NCBI GenBank assembly: GCA_964016885.1
Contig: OZ024762.1
Span: 12,462,001 to 12,526,000 of the forward strand
Reading direction: 5' to 3'
Length of the DNA stretch: 64,000 bases
Source: Eledone cirrhosa
Taxonomy: Eukaryota
Positions 14,019-26,784 of the stretch are shown here, one piece after another (the first letter of the stretch is position 1; each line of letters opens with the position of its first letter). A program made the translations under genes and the position numbers. A model generated the notes under the pieces. It ran no database searches. It saw nothing but the letters and a program-made list of their open reading frames with translations, and had not been told where the DNA came from.

Positions 14019-14203
14019 AGTTTAATATAAAAACTGTTTCATTCAAAAGAAATCATCAGGAAAGGACTTTCCTGATTGATTTCTTTTGAATGAAACAGTT
14101 CTAGTCCTGTAGAAGCCATTTCTATTATTAAACTTGATGTTTACACTCTTCTAATGTATTGACTTCCTTTCTGTAGTTACACCCAGATTAAATCCGGGAC
14201 TCA
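14019..14203 (+). mobile_element. Hairpin-plus-tail element family HT-B
   Basis: Arms at 14032-14064 and 14067-14100, with the same tail as 7891-8082. Inserted in (TA)n. Confidence 0.75.
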
Positions 14204-16284
14204 TATATATATACACACACACACTCATACACAAGGCCTGGTAGTGGGTGGAATTACCCAAATTGTTAGAGAACAAGAACTAAATAATCTGCAGTACAGA
14301 GTTACCTCCCTTTATGTTTTGAGGTCAAATCCTTATTATGTCAACTTTCTCGGTCATCCTTCCGCTGTGTATGTGTATATATGTCTGTCTGTGTTGTATG
14401 TGTGTGTGTGTGTGTGTGTGTCTATATCTGTCTGTGTGTATGTATGTCTGTGTGTGCCTTTGTCTGTATTTGTCTGTGTGTCTTTGTATCTGTCTCAGTG
14501 TGGGTATATTTGTATGTCTGTATGTGTCTCTATGTGTGTGTGTATGTATGTGTGTCTTTGTCTATCTGTCTGAGTGTGGTGTGTATATCTGTGTGTGTGT
14601 GTGTGTGTGGTATCCTATGATATCGAGCTACTCTCTATTCACCTCTAACAACCACAAATACTCAGATATCAATATATCGATGTTGAAACTAAGTCTGGTG
14701 ATGAGCTGAGGTTTAGTGAGCTGTAGTCTTGACTCTGGGCAGTAAGTTGAGCCTCAGTTTTAGGGAGATGAGACACTGTAAACAAGAATATTATCACACG
14801 GTGATGGGTAGCACTCTGTCTGTAGCTATATTATAGAAACGCGGACGAGAATGGCAAGCATGGACTGAGTGAAAAGACCTGCTCTGAGTATGCGCCTGTA
14901 TATGATAGTGCACATACTTAAATATGGAATGTTACACGATGTCCCCCCCTCCCCCCTCCTTCACAGCCCCGGTGGGACAGGATGGGGAAGGCGTTTCCCC
15001 GGAGAGCGGCAAGGGATACGCGCTAGAAAAGCCACTCCAACTCACAGGGTTCACACCTGCGGCTGGCCAGCTCAGCGCCTATGGTGGTGAGTGTGGATCA
15101 AGACCTTAGTTTTAGGGAATCGATCAAGCTTTTAGATTTAGGGAATAGTGGATTATGTCATACAACACACTGTACACTGCAGTAACATTACGATGCCCCT
15201 CACCGCACCACACCACCATCCCTACACTACACCACACCACCAACAACTACACCACCACACCAACACTACACCACACCACTACCACAGCAATAGTGGCAAG
15301 CTTTCCTTCTGTCTTGCCCCCCCCCCCCCCCTCCCAAGATTTCCCTACAACCCATGACTGGTCATCACTGATATCGATGGACGATGTGTCATACCACCGT
15401 GACTTATCATATGATGTCTACAGATGGACTGCACCATCTCCTCCACCGCCACCTCCACCACCAACACTACCTCCACCACCACCACCGCCGCCACCTCTGC
15501 CTCCTCGTCTCCCACACCACTGCCAACACCAACAACAACACTAACCAGATAGCATCCCTGTTATACAATAAACTAGTTGGTATGGAGACGAGTTAAAGGG
15601 TGGTGGTGGTGGTGGTGGTGGTGGATGGTTGTTGGTAGTAGTAGAGGGATACTGATGGTGGTGGTGGTGGTGGTGAAATCAATCAAATAGATAATTGAAG
15701 CACATTATGTGTGAGTCACTCAACCAATCAGTACTCCTCTCACATGGCACTCGTGTGTGAGTCACACTTTTACACTCCACTTGGTCAGGTTACAATAGGA
15801 ATCAGTTTTCATATATATATATATATATATATACATACACACATATATACATACTCACACATATATATATATATACACACAAATACACACATATACACAT
15901 AGACACATACACATACATTTATACATTCATGCCATCCATCCATGAAAAATAGACATTAAATGATGATGATGATGATGATATATATATTATAAAGAGTTGG
16001 GACCCAACATATGAGCGGTTTTAAACTGTTCTATCCTTATATATGTATGTATGTATATATATATATATATATATTTATATAACTATTAAGCTCTGTTACC
16101 TACATAGAGCACTCTTTTTTCCTGGACTTTTCCGACGGAATTACTTCGTTTATACAGCTCCAACCGAGATTGATTGAAGCATATTCTATATTACATATAC
16201 GATTGGCACTATATATATATATAATATATATATTTATATATATATATATATGTATGTATGTATGTATGTATATATGTATGTATG

Positions 16285-16344
<60 letters not shown>

Positions 16345-16504
16345 TAATATATGTATTATGTATATATATATATACATACTCATAATTAATTTAATCTCAG
16401 GATTAACGACCTTATCTCTGCTATAACAAATGATAATCAGTTGTGGCTTTAATTGTAATTTTACTTTAACCCTTATACCTTCTTCTGTTCAATGGTAGAT
16501 GTAT

Positions 16505-16715
16505 TCACTGTTTATCACCGTCGTTCACCGTCCAATGTTTGTCACCGTCGTTCACCGTCCAATGTTTATCACCGTCGTTCACCGTCCAATGTTTATCACC
16601 GTCGTTCACCGTCCAATGTTTGTCACTGTCGTTCACCGTCCAATGTTTGTCACTGTCGTTCAACGTCCACTGTTATTCGCTGTCATTCACCATCCACTGG
16701 TTATCACTGCTGTCC
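16505..16715. repeat. 27-bp minisatellite (TGTTTATCACCGTCGTTCACCGTCCAA)
   Basis: Directly visible. Confidence 0.9.
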
Positions 16716-17592
16716 ACTGAGTTTGAAGGAGGACATAGTGTTTATAGAAGCAATGAATAGTGAAGTTACTCACACAAAAATAAAAATAAATAAAGGCAAC
16801 TGGGACAAACAAACAAAAGCATCAAGTTCCTCATCAGCCACCAACTGAGGAATGCAATTTCGTACTTAACGGTAGGATTACGTAATACGGAATTTAGGCT
16901 TGGCCATGGTGTATAGCTACCATCCTTTATATGCGGTGGTTCTTCATTGTCCATTGTTTACAGAAGAATTGTAGTTCTGCTCCTGTGACCTCTAGGTTAC
17001 CACACATAACAACCCTTGCTAACAGGGAACAAATGGATGTTAATGATGATGATGATGATTTATTCTTCACATTGAAATGATAATGAAATGTAGGTTTTTT
17101 TTATCTGGCTCCCTACAAAGTTGTATCTCATAGTAGGTTTCTTGAGTGTTTTAATGATAGGGACCCCAGTCCTGTCATGTTATTTTTACAGCTCACACCT
17201 TTGTAAGTTTAGCTGTGGTGGTGGTGGTGGTAGTAGTGGTGGTGTTGGTGATAGTAGTGGTGGTGTTGGTGGTAGTAGTGGTGATGGTGGTGATGGTGGT
17301 AGTAGTGGTGATGGTGGTGGTAGTGGTGGTGATGATGATGGTCGTAGTAGTGGTGGTGGTGGTAGTAGTGGTGATGGTGGTGTTGTTGTAGTTAAACAGC
17401 TGATGTCAGCCAATATTGAGGTCAGGTTTACAATAAAATCTGGTGTGAATTAAATGTTGTTTGTTGTTGTTGTGGTGGTGTTTAATTTTGAAATCAATAG
17501 AAATTACCACCACCACCACCACCATCACCACTGTTACCACCATACATACATACAGACAGACATTTCACATACATATATACGTACATATACAT

Positions 17593-17865
17593 AAGGTTCT
17601 TACATAAAATTATGACGGAAGGTTTTTAGATAACTATAAATACTTTAAAACAGTTTTGTATCATAGAACCAAGGGTGTTTGGATCATAACTTAACAAAGG
17701 TTCTTACATAAAATTATGATGGAAGGTTTTTAGATAACTATAAATACTTTAAAACAGTTTTGTATCATAGAACCAGGGGTGTTTGGATCATAACTTAACA
17801 AAGGTTCTTACATAAAATTATGACGGAAGGTTTTTAGATAAACAGGTTTGTATCATAGAATCAGG
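17593..17865. repeat. Tandem duplication of a unit of about 104 bp, about 2.5 copies
   Basis: AAGGTTCTTACATAAAATTATGA recurs at about 17593, 17697 and 17801. Confidence 0.85.
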
Positions 17866-18264
17866 GACAGTTTCAGTTAGTTTTGGTATAAAAAAAGGGT
17901 TCAAAATTTCAGCATATTTTGTCCCTGTTGTTGCTCTACCAATTCTGCCAATTCATTACTTCAGTTCTACAAAAATGTCAGCCAAATATTTAGAATTATT
18001 TCTATTTAAAACTGTGAATCATGAAATATGGTGACAAAGTTGCTAAGATAAATAGTTTAAACTTTGAGTTTGGAATTTTGTAAATCTTGTTAATACAACA
18101 CAATATATGTGTCTGTTTATTTGTCTGCCTGTTTGTCATGTGAGACAACATATTTTGTCACACACACACACATACATACACACACATACATATATAAATG
18201 TGGGTGTGTATGTATGTATATATGTATGAATGTGTATGTATCTATATGTATGTGTCTCTCTCTT

Positions 18265-18301
<37 letters not shown>

Positions 18302-18401
18302 ATATGTATCTATTATCTATATGTATATGTGTGTGTGTATATATGTATCTATATATATATATATGTGTGTGTGTGTATATGTATGTGTGTGTGTATATAT
18401 G

Positions 18402-18432
<31 letters not shown>

Positions 18433-18711
18433 ATGTATGTGTATATATAGACCTGTATCTCCTGATGGAGTCGTATCAGTGCCACAGTTACATACAGCGT
18501 CTCTTGACCTCTGACCTCTCATCTCACCTCTCCTGTCTGACCTCTGTTTCATTCATAGCCCCTGACCTTCTGACCTCCCGACCTCTAACCTCTGCTTTAT
18601 GACCCTTTTCTCATTCTTGACCTCCTGACCTCCTGACATCTAACCTCTGCTATCCAACCCCCCATTTTTCACCTTTGACCATCTGACCGTATTTCCTTCT
18701 CTATTTTCTAG

Positions 18712-18895
18712 CTTCAGATTTGGGACACAGCCGGCCAAGAGAGGTTTCGGACGATCACCCAAAGTTACTACAGGAGTGCTAATGGTGTCATTATAGCCTA
18801 CGATGTCACAAAACGTTCTTCGTTTGACAATATTCCTCGATGGCTGGAAGACGTCAAGAAATATGCAGGATCAAATATAGTTCAATTAATTTTAG
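18712..18895 (+). CDS. Rab43: Rab-43 coding exon 2
   Basis: TTCTAG|[25 protein letters not shown]...[12 protein letters not shown]|GTAAGT. 184 nt, contains the G3 motif. Confidence 0.97.
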
Positions 18896-18904
18896 GTAAG
18901 TTAT

Positions 18905-19560
18905 GTCGTTAACCTGTCTAATTAGTGTCGTTAACCTGTCTAATTAGTGTCGTTAACCTGGCTAATTAGTGTCGTTAACCTGTCTAATTAGTGTCGTTAA
19001 CCTGTCTAATTAGTGTCATTAACCTGGCTATTTAGTGTTGTTAACCCGTCTAATTAGTGTCATTAACCTGTCTAATTAATTAGTGTCATTAACTTGTCTA
19101 ATTATTTATTGTCATTAACATGTTTAATTAATTAAGTTAATGAAAACTCTGACAAGGTTAAAATACATATATGTGACATCATAACTCTGACATCATAACT
19201 CTGACATCATAACTCTGTGTCATCATAACTCTGTGACATCATAACTCTGTGTCATCATAACTCTGTGACATCATAACGCTGTGTCATCATAACTCTGTGT
19301 CATCATAACTCTGTGACATCATAACTCTGTGACATCATAGCTCTGTGTCATGATAGCTCTGTGACATCATAGCTCTGTGTCATGATAGCTCTGTGACATC
19401 ATAGCCCTGTGACATCATAGCCCTGTGACATCATAGCTCTGTGACATCATAACCATGTGACATCATAACTCTGTGACATCATAAATATGTCACATCATAA
19501 ATATGTCACATCATAACTCTGTGACATCATAACTCTGTGACATCATAACATCTATGACAT
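18905..19560. repeat. 22-bp (GTCGTTAACCTGTCTAATTAGT) then 16-bp (GTGACATCATAACTCT) minisatellites filling Rab43 intron 2
   Basis: Directly visible. Confidence 0.9.
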
Positions 19561-19578
19561 GAGACTTGTGTGTTGTAG

Positions 19579-19724
19579 GAAACAAACAAGACTTAGAACA
19601 TCTGCGAGAGGTCACTGTTGCCGAAGCGAAAGTCTACGCCCATAATTGCTCTATGTTGGATGCCATAGAAACCAGCGCTAAAGAAAATACCAACATTGAT
19701 GAAGCATTTCTACGTATGGCCAAG
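19579..19724 (+). CDS. Rab43: Rab-43 coding exon 3
   Basis: TTGTAG|GNKQDL (G4)...ETSAK (G5)...AFLRMAK|GTAAAC. 146 nt, phase compatible. Confidence 0.96.
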
Positions 19725-20476
19725 GTAAACTTATCCTTGTTTTCTTGTTGTTATTGTTAGCGGTGATATTGATTTTGTTGTTGTTGGTGGTGTTGTTGGT
19801 GTTGTTGTTATTGTTGTTAGTGGTGCTGTTGATTTTGTTGTTGGTGGTGGTGTTGTTGTTGGTAGAGGTGATGGTGGTGGTGTTGTTGGTGTTATTGTTG
19901 TTAGTGGTGGTGGTGGTGGTGGTGGTGTTGTTGGTAGTGGTGGTTGTTGTTGGTAGTGGTGGTTGTGGTGTTGTTGTTGGTAGAGGTGGTGGTTGTGGTG
20001 TTGTTGGTGTTGTTGTTATTGTTGTTAGTGGTGATGTTGATTTTGTTGTTGGTGGTGGTGTTGGTGTTGTTGTTGGTAGTGGTGGTTGTGGTGTTGTTGG
20101 TAGTGGTGGTTGTGGTGATTGTGGTAGTGGTGTTGTTGGTGGTGTGATGGTGATGTTGTGGTGTTGGTGTTGGTGGTTGTGGTGTTGATGTTGGTAGTGG
20201 TGGTGGTTGTGGTGTTGTTGGTGATTGTGGTAGTTATGTAGTTGGTGGTGGTGGTGTTGTTGTTGTTAGTGATGTTGTTGTTGCTGTTGTAGTTGTTATT
20301 CATTGATTAATTTCAAATAATTAATATTTTGTTTTCTCTTTTCTTCTTTCCATCCATGCCGACCACCGACGATGACGACACCAACAACAACAACAATACC
20401 AACACCAACACCACCAACAACAACGTCAACACCACCAACAACATCACCGTCAACACCAACAACAACAATATTACAG

Positions 20477-20599
20477 GATTTAAAGAAGAGATTTGGAGGC
20501 GAGAGCAGTCTTGAGAATGGCCCAGGGGGCAAGATAAATCTGAACACACACACAGTTGGTAGTGGGGGAGGTTGTTGTGGTGGGGGTGGTAGTTCCTGA
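20477..20599 (+). CDS. Rab43: Rab-43 coding exon 4 (hypervariable tail)
   Basis: TTACAG|DLKKRFGGESSLENGPGGKINLNTHTVGSGGGCCGGGGSS*. Phase 0, di-cysteine near the C-terminus. Confidence 0.85.
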   Translation, partial: DLKKRFGGESSLENGPGGKINLNTHTVGSGGGCCGGGGSS

Positions 20600-20625
20600 T
20601 GTAGATCCAGAATTGTTTATTTACA

Positions 20626-20663
<38 letters not shown>

Positions 20664-20854
20664 CTTTACACTTTATATCATTTTAACCATCATTTACATC
20701 ATCATTGTCATCATCATTGACATAAGCATCACCGACATGCGCATCATCACCAATTGCATTGTCAACTTTGTCAGTGATAACAAACATTATCATCGCTGTA
20801 TTCATCATCATCGTTATTATATTTTATTTAATTAATATTATTAAGAAATTTGAT

Positions 20855-20913
20855 CGGCGTCATCGACCTATCCCCATTCCACCCCAAATTGCTGGCCTTG
20901 TGCCTGCAAATAC

Positions 20914-20953
<40 letters not shown>

Positions 20954-22545
20954 GGCAGTATCGGTAGAGAGTCGGACGCCATGCTTTGCAGCACAGTTAC
21001 GTCCCTTTACGGACTGAGTTCAAATCCTGCCGAGGTTAACTTTGCCTTTCATCCTTACCGGGTCGATAACATAAAGTACCAGTAATGCACTGGGATAATT
21101 GCTGGCCTTGTGCCAAAAGTAGAAACAATTATTATTACTATTATTATTATTAGTATTATTGGCAGTAATTGGTAATACGTCAGATAAACATGATTTACGG
21201 CACTTTATGTTCTGAGTTCAAATCCCGTCGAGGTTAGCTTTGCCTTTCTTCCTCACGCGATCTATAAAATAAAGTACCAGTAACACACTGGGGTTGTTGC
21301 CTTGGCAGAATTGGTAAGAGCGCTGGACAACATACCATCGCCATGTACGTTCTGGCTCTTAACATTTTGAGTTCAAATCCCGCCAAGGTCAACTTTACAT
21401 TTATCCTTCTGAGGTCAATAAAATAAAGTACCAGTCATACACTGGGTCTGATATAATCAACCTTACCCTTCCTTCAGATTGTTAGCATTGACCTTAAACT
21501 AGAAATCATTACTATTATTATTAGCAGAATCAGTAGAGCGTCAGACAACATGCTTTGCAGCATAGTTGCGTCCCTTTACGTTCTGGGTTCAAATTTCGCC
21601 GAGGTTAACTTTGCCTTTCAACCTTACGGGGTCTATAAAATAAAGTGCCAGTAATGCACTGGGAGGGTCGATTTAATTGGCGTTCCCCTCTCTTTTCCCC
21701 AAAATTGTTGGCCTTGTGCCTAAATCATCATCATCATCATCATCATAATAATTGTTAAAGTGTTGATATAAAAATGCTTTGCGGCATCTGTTCCAGCTTA
21801 TTACATTCCGGTTACAAATAAAGTACCAGTCACGTACTGGGGGGGAGGTCAAAGTAATTGACCTTCCCCCACCACCACCACTACACAACCCACCACCCCA
21901 CTCCCTCAAATTGCTAGCCATATGCTTAAATTTACAAACAAACCATTCTGGGCTTGATAAAGTTATGTACCAGTGACGTACTGGGGGTTTGCTTTAAATT
22001 TGACTCTCTCCTAACACCCCCCCCCCTTAAATGCTATACGAATCTTGTGTGTCCATAAAATAAGGTACCAGTGAAATGCTGAGGTCCGCATTTTCGCCTT
22101 TCTCCACCCACATCTCAAGTTGGTAGCTTTGTGCTTAAATTATAAATCATTTTGGTGGGTGGGGGGTTCGATAAAGTTAGATACCAGTCAAATACTGGGG
22201 TCGTTATCATTGACTCCCCCCACCCCACCCCCATGCTCCCAAAATTGCTGGCCTTGTTCCTCCATCAGAAACCATTATTATTATTATTATTATTATTCAT
22301 GGATTTGTAGAATCTGTAGAGCGTCGGACAACATGCTTCGCGGCATAGAGTTCCGGCCCTTTAAATTCTGAGTTCAAATCCCACTGTGGTTAGCTTTGCT
22401 TTTCATCCTTACGGGGGGGGGGGTGATAAAATAAAGTACCAGTAACACACACTGGGGTCGATTTAATCGACTTTCCCCCCTCCCCTTCCTTTCAAATTGC
22501 TGGCCTTGTGCCTAAATCAGAAACCATTGTTATTATTGTTATTAT
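20855..22545 (+). mobile_element. Head-to-tail cluster of about 9-10 tRNA-derived SINE family B copies with (ATT)n tails
   Basis: Repeated TGGCAGTATCGGTAGAG (A box)...GAGTTCAAATCC (B box)...TTTGCCTTTCATCCTT..GGTCGATAAAATAAAGTACCAG..GCTGGCCTTGTGCC. Confidence 0.9.
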
Positions 22546-22689
22546 CATCATCATCACCATTGTTGTTGCTGTTGTTGTTGTAATTAACTTTTAATTAGTA
22601 AACAAGCAAGCGGTGATTGGTTTGGAATTGATGTTTGTGTACAAGCAGTTGTTTAATTATTAATGTCCTGTACCGCATGAAACCACATT

Positions 22690-23245
22690 AGCAAGGATGT
22701 TCTTGGAAAGAACCAAACAGCACTGTAAATGCATCACATTAAATTTTGACAAGAATCTGTCCACTGGTAAAAATACTATAAACATTTGAATTAACAAACT
22801 ACATGAAACCATATCAGTAAGTACAAAATAACACTATGACTACATCACATTAAATATTAAAGTCTTTACTTTAATACTGTAAATTTCCACAACAATCTGG
22901 CCACTGGTTACGATACTTTCATGACTATGATCTGTCCACTAGTAAAGATACTATAAACATTTGAATTTACAAACCACATAAAACACCACCAGTAAAAACA
23001 AAACTATAATTGTATCACATTAAAGGTTAGTCTTTACTTTAATACTGGAAATTTTCACAATAATCTGTCCACTGGTAAAGATAGTATAAACATTTGAATT
23101 AACAACCCCATTAGCAAAACATTCTTGAAAAGAACAAAACAACACTATGATTGATTTGCATTAAATATTGAAGTCTTTACTCAAATACTGTAAATTTTTA
23201 CAATGATCTGTCCACTAGTAAAGATACTATAAACATTTGAATTTA
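22690..23245. repeat. Degenerate long-period tandem repeat (ATCTGTCCACTGGTAAAGATACTATAAACATTTGAATT core)
   Basis: Core recurs at about 22755, 22930, 23063 and 23207. Confidence 0.7.
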
Positions 23246-23664
23246 AAAAAAAACATGTTTCGATATTTTCTAATAAATCATTACAGGATGTTGAAAGTTC
23301 AGCATTCAGCGAGGTTTTATCAACTGTATTATCTACATCTGGTGGTCAGTTATATACATCTGGTGGTCAGCCATTTATACATCTGGTGGTCAATTATTAT
23401 ATACATCTGGTGGTCAGCCGTTATCTACATCTGGTGGTCAATTATTATATACATCTGTTGGATATATAAACCAGTCTGATGACAACAACAGCAACAGCAA
23501 CAAATTGTAATCTGTCCACTGCTCAACTTCTCAACACTCTGCAATTTCTTAAACTGGATGTTTCTTACTGTAATAAAGCTGCCTATATATCTCTCTATTG
23601 ATCCATCCATCAATCTACCCACACACACACACATATACATATGTGTATATATATATATGTGTGT

Positions 23665-23830
23665 GTGAAAAATCTGGGACCCCGACAGCTGAGCTCTTGC
23701 TGTTTCAACAGCTAGATCCGAACACAGATCTAGCTGTTGAAATGCTAGGATCTCAGCCGTTGGGGTCCCAAATTTTTCACCTTACCCACTCTACTACCCC
23801 AAGTATCAAGTACCTTTGTGAGTAATGGTC
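23665..23830 (+). mobile_element. Hairpin-plus-tail element family HT-A
   Basis: Inverted arms GTGAAAAATCTGGGACCCCGACAGCTGAG...CTCAGCCGTTGGGGTCCCAAATTTTTCAC, then TACCCACTCTACTACCC tail. Confidence 0.75.
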
Positions 23831-23853
23831 TAACTGGTTTTTACAGCATTTAT

Positions 23854-23949
<96 letters not shown>

Positions 23950-24236
23950 GTACGTGTATATATATATATTTACCGAATCAATGTATCTCCAGCAATTGAC
24001 TGATGAGATACGTTGAAAGACAATGCAAAAAAAAAATAAACAGAAAGGCAGACAGTCCCATCTCATCAGCCAACCTCTGGATATTACTACAGTTTCAGTT
24101 TATTTGAGGTTGATACTATCCATTCCAGTGTACATTGGGAATTAAGAAAACAGGTAGAGAGAAATATGGAGGAAAAAGCATCCCAGGTGTGTCAACTGAC
24201 AAAGAAGGGAGAGAACGGTGTGTGTATATATATATA

Positions 24237-24290
<54 letters not shown>

Positions 24291-24911
24291 ATATATGTAA
24301 TCGTATTGTTTCTGATCAAGGTAAACAACTCTACATATTCCAGTGTTCTTGACTGAACAGCAAAATTTAATCATCCCTCTATTATTCACGGTTAAGTGGT
24401 TATACACATATATATTTTTTTGTGTGTGTATATGTGTATATATATGTATGTGTATATGTGTATATATATATGTATGTGTGTGTATATATATATGTATGTG
24501 TGTATATATATATATATGTGTATATATATGTGTATATATATATATATGTGTATATATACATATGTTTATATATATGTATGTGTATATATACATATGTTTA
24601 TATATATGTATGTGTATATATACATATGTTTATATATATGTGTATATATACATATGTTTATATATATGTATATATACATATGTTTATGTATGTGTATATA
24701 TACATATGTTTATGTATGTGTATATATACATATGTTTATATATATGTATGCGTATATATACATATGTATATATATTTGTGTGTATATATATATTTATATA
24801 TATATATATTTGTGTGTGTGTAAGTATATACAGAGAAATTCCAATATAACGAAATTCACGGGGTATAAACAAAAAAATGTTATAATAGTATTCATTATTA
24901 CGGAATTTTAA

Positions 24912-24953
<42 letters not shown>

Positions 24954-25864
24954 ATGTATGTATAAGTGTATGTGTATGTATGTATGTATGTGTTTGTGCA
25001 TGAACTCTACACAATGACCATGGTCATGGTTGGAAAGCCTTTGATCATAATTTGCTCAATAAGGGTCAACCTGGGCTTAAATAACACACTACCCCTACCA
25101 CCACCACCACCCCACCAACACACCATTGTCACCACCACACTACCCCTACCACCACCCACACCACCACCACACTACCCCCACCATCACACTACCTCCACCA
25201 CCACCACTGTTAATCATTCCTTAAAACTGCAAAAAAAAAAAAAAATTTTCCTTATTTATGTTTGTTTTGTTATTTTTATTATATTTTTTATTTTATTCTT
25301 TTGTTTTTGTTTTTTGAAATTAATCGAAATTAATTATTATTTTTTGTTGCTTTTAATTATAATTTATATTTGATTAAATTTTATTTAATCATTGTTATAA
25401 TTATTTGTGTGTGCGTTTATGTGTGTGTGTATGTGTATATGTATGTGTGTGTGGGCATGTATATGTGTGTATGTGTATATATATATGTGTGTGTATGTAT
25501 GTATGTGGCTGTGTGTGATGTTAAGAAAGTAATTCTATGTGGGTTTTTTTTGTTGATGTTTTAATCTGCCATTCTCTGGATATTGAGTTCCTTACGAAGG
25601 AAGAAACCAGTAGATTTTTTGTTTCTGTATATTTTGATGAAAAAGAAAAAAAGAATTGAACTTTGACCTAAAATTTTTGAAAATTTGGATGAATTCATTT
25701 TTTTTTTTTTTTGTTATTGTTGTTGGTTTTTTTGTTTTTTTTTGGCGGGGGGGGGGGGGGGGGGTATTGTTGTTGTTTTTTTGTGTTATTGTTGTTGTTC
25801 GCGGTTGGAATAGTTAAAAGATTGACCAAAATTCCCAGACCTCATTCGTTTACTGAGTGAGATG

Positions 25865-26075
25865 GAACTTGTCAAATCAGACCAAAGGAAACATGTTTCC
25901 TTTGGTCTTTGGACTTTCCATTGCCGATACTATCTACAGTCTACCAGCCACAACTCCCGGTAGAATGAACAGTGTGAAATAAAGTGTCTTGCTCAAGGAC
26001 ATAATGTATTGCCCAGTCCAGGAATCGAACTTCTAACCTTATGATTGCAAATTCAACTCTTTAACGACTAAGCTG
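25865..26075 (-). mobile_element. tRNA-derived SINE (family A-type head, different body)
   Basis: GTGAAATAAAGTGTCTTGCTCAAGGAC...GGAATCGAAC (B box on the minus strand). Related copy at 42425-42635. Confidence 0.75.
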
Positions 26076-26784
26076 TGATAAAAAATAAAACCCAAAAAAA
26101 ACTGTTAATTTTAAAGTGTTTACCTCTCACACCACCACCACCATATCACCACCACACCACAGAACTCCATATCACCACGACACGACACCACCACACTCCA
26201 CTCACCACGACACCACACCACCACACTCCACTCACCACACCACCCCACACCATTTCACAGTATTCCACCACACCACACTACCACACTCCACTCACCACTC
26301 CATATCACCACACCACCACACTCTACTCCCCACACCATGCCACAGTATTCCACCACACCACACCACCACCACCACACCACACCACACCACAGCACAACAC
26401 CACACTACAGAACTCCATATCACCACGACACCACACCACCACACTCCACTCACCACACCACACTCCATATCACCACACCACCACACTCTACTCCCCACAC
26501 CATGCCACAGTATTCCACCACACCACACCACCACACTCTACACCCCCACATCACACTATTCCACCAATCCCCCACCCTCTACGTCCTTTCCCTACCCAAC
26601 AATTCCTGAGAGTCCCCTTCAGTTGTCAAGCTCTAGTTAAAATCTAGAACTTGATATCAACAGTCTAATGAACTTTTCTTTTTAATTAATTAATTAATCC
26701 ACTGGAATTTCAAGAATGGTCAAATAATTAAGAAACCATTCTCTGGAACTGGAAATATTTTAGAGTCAGCAAGATAAAGTGGCT

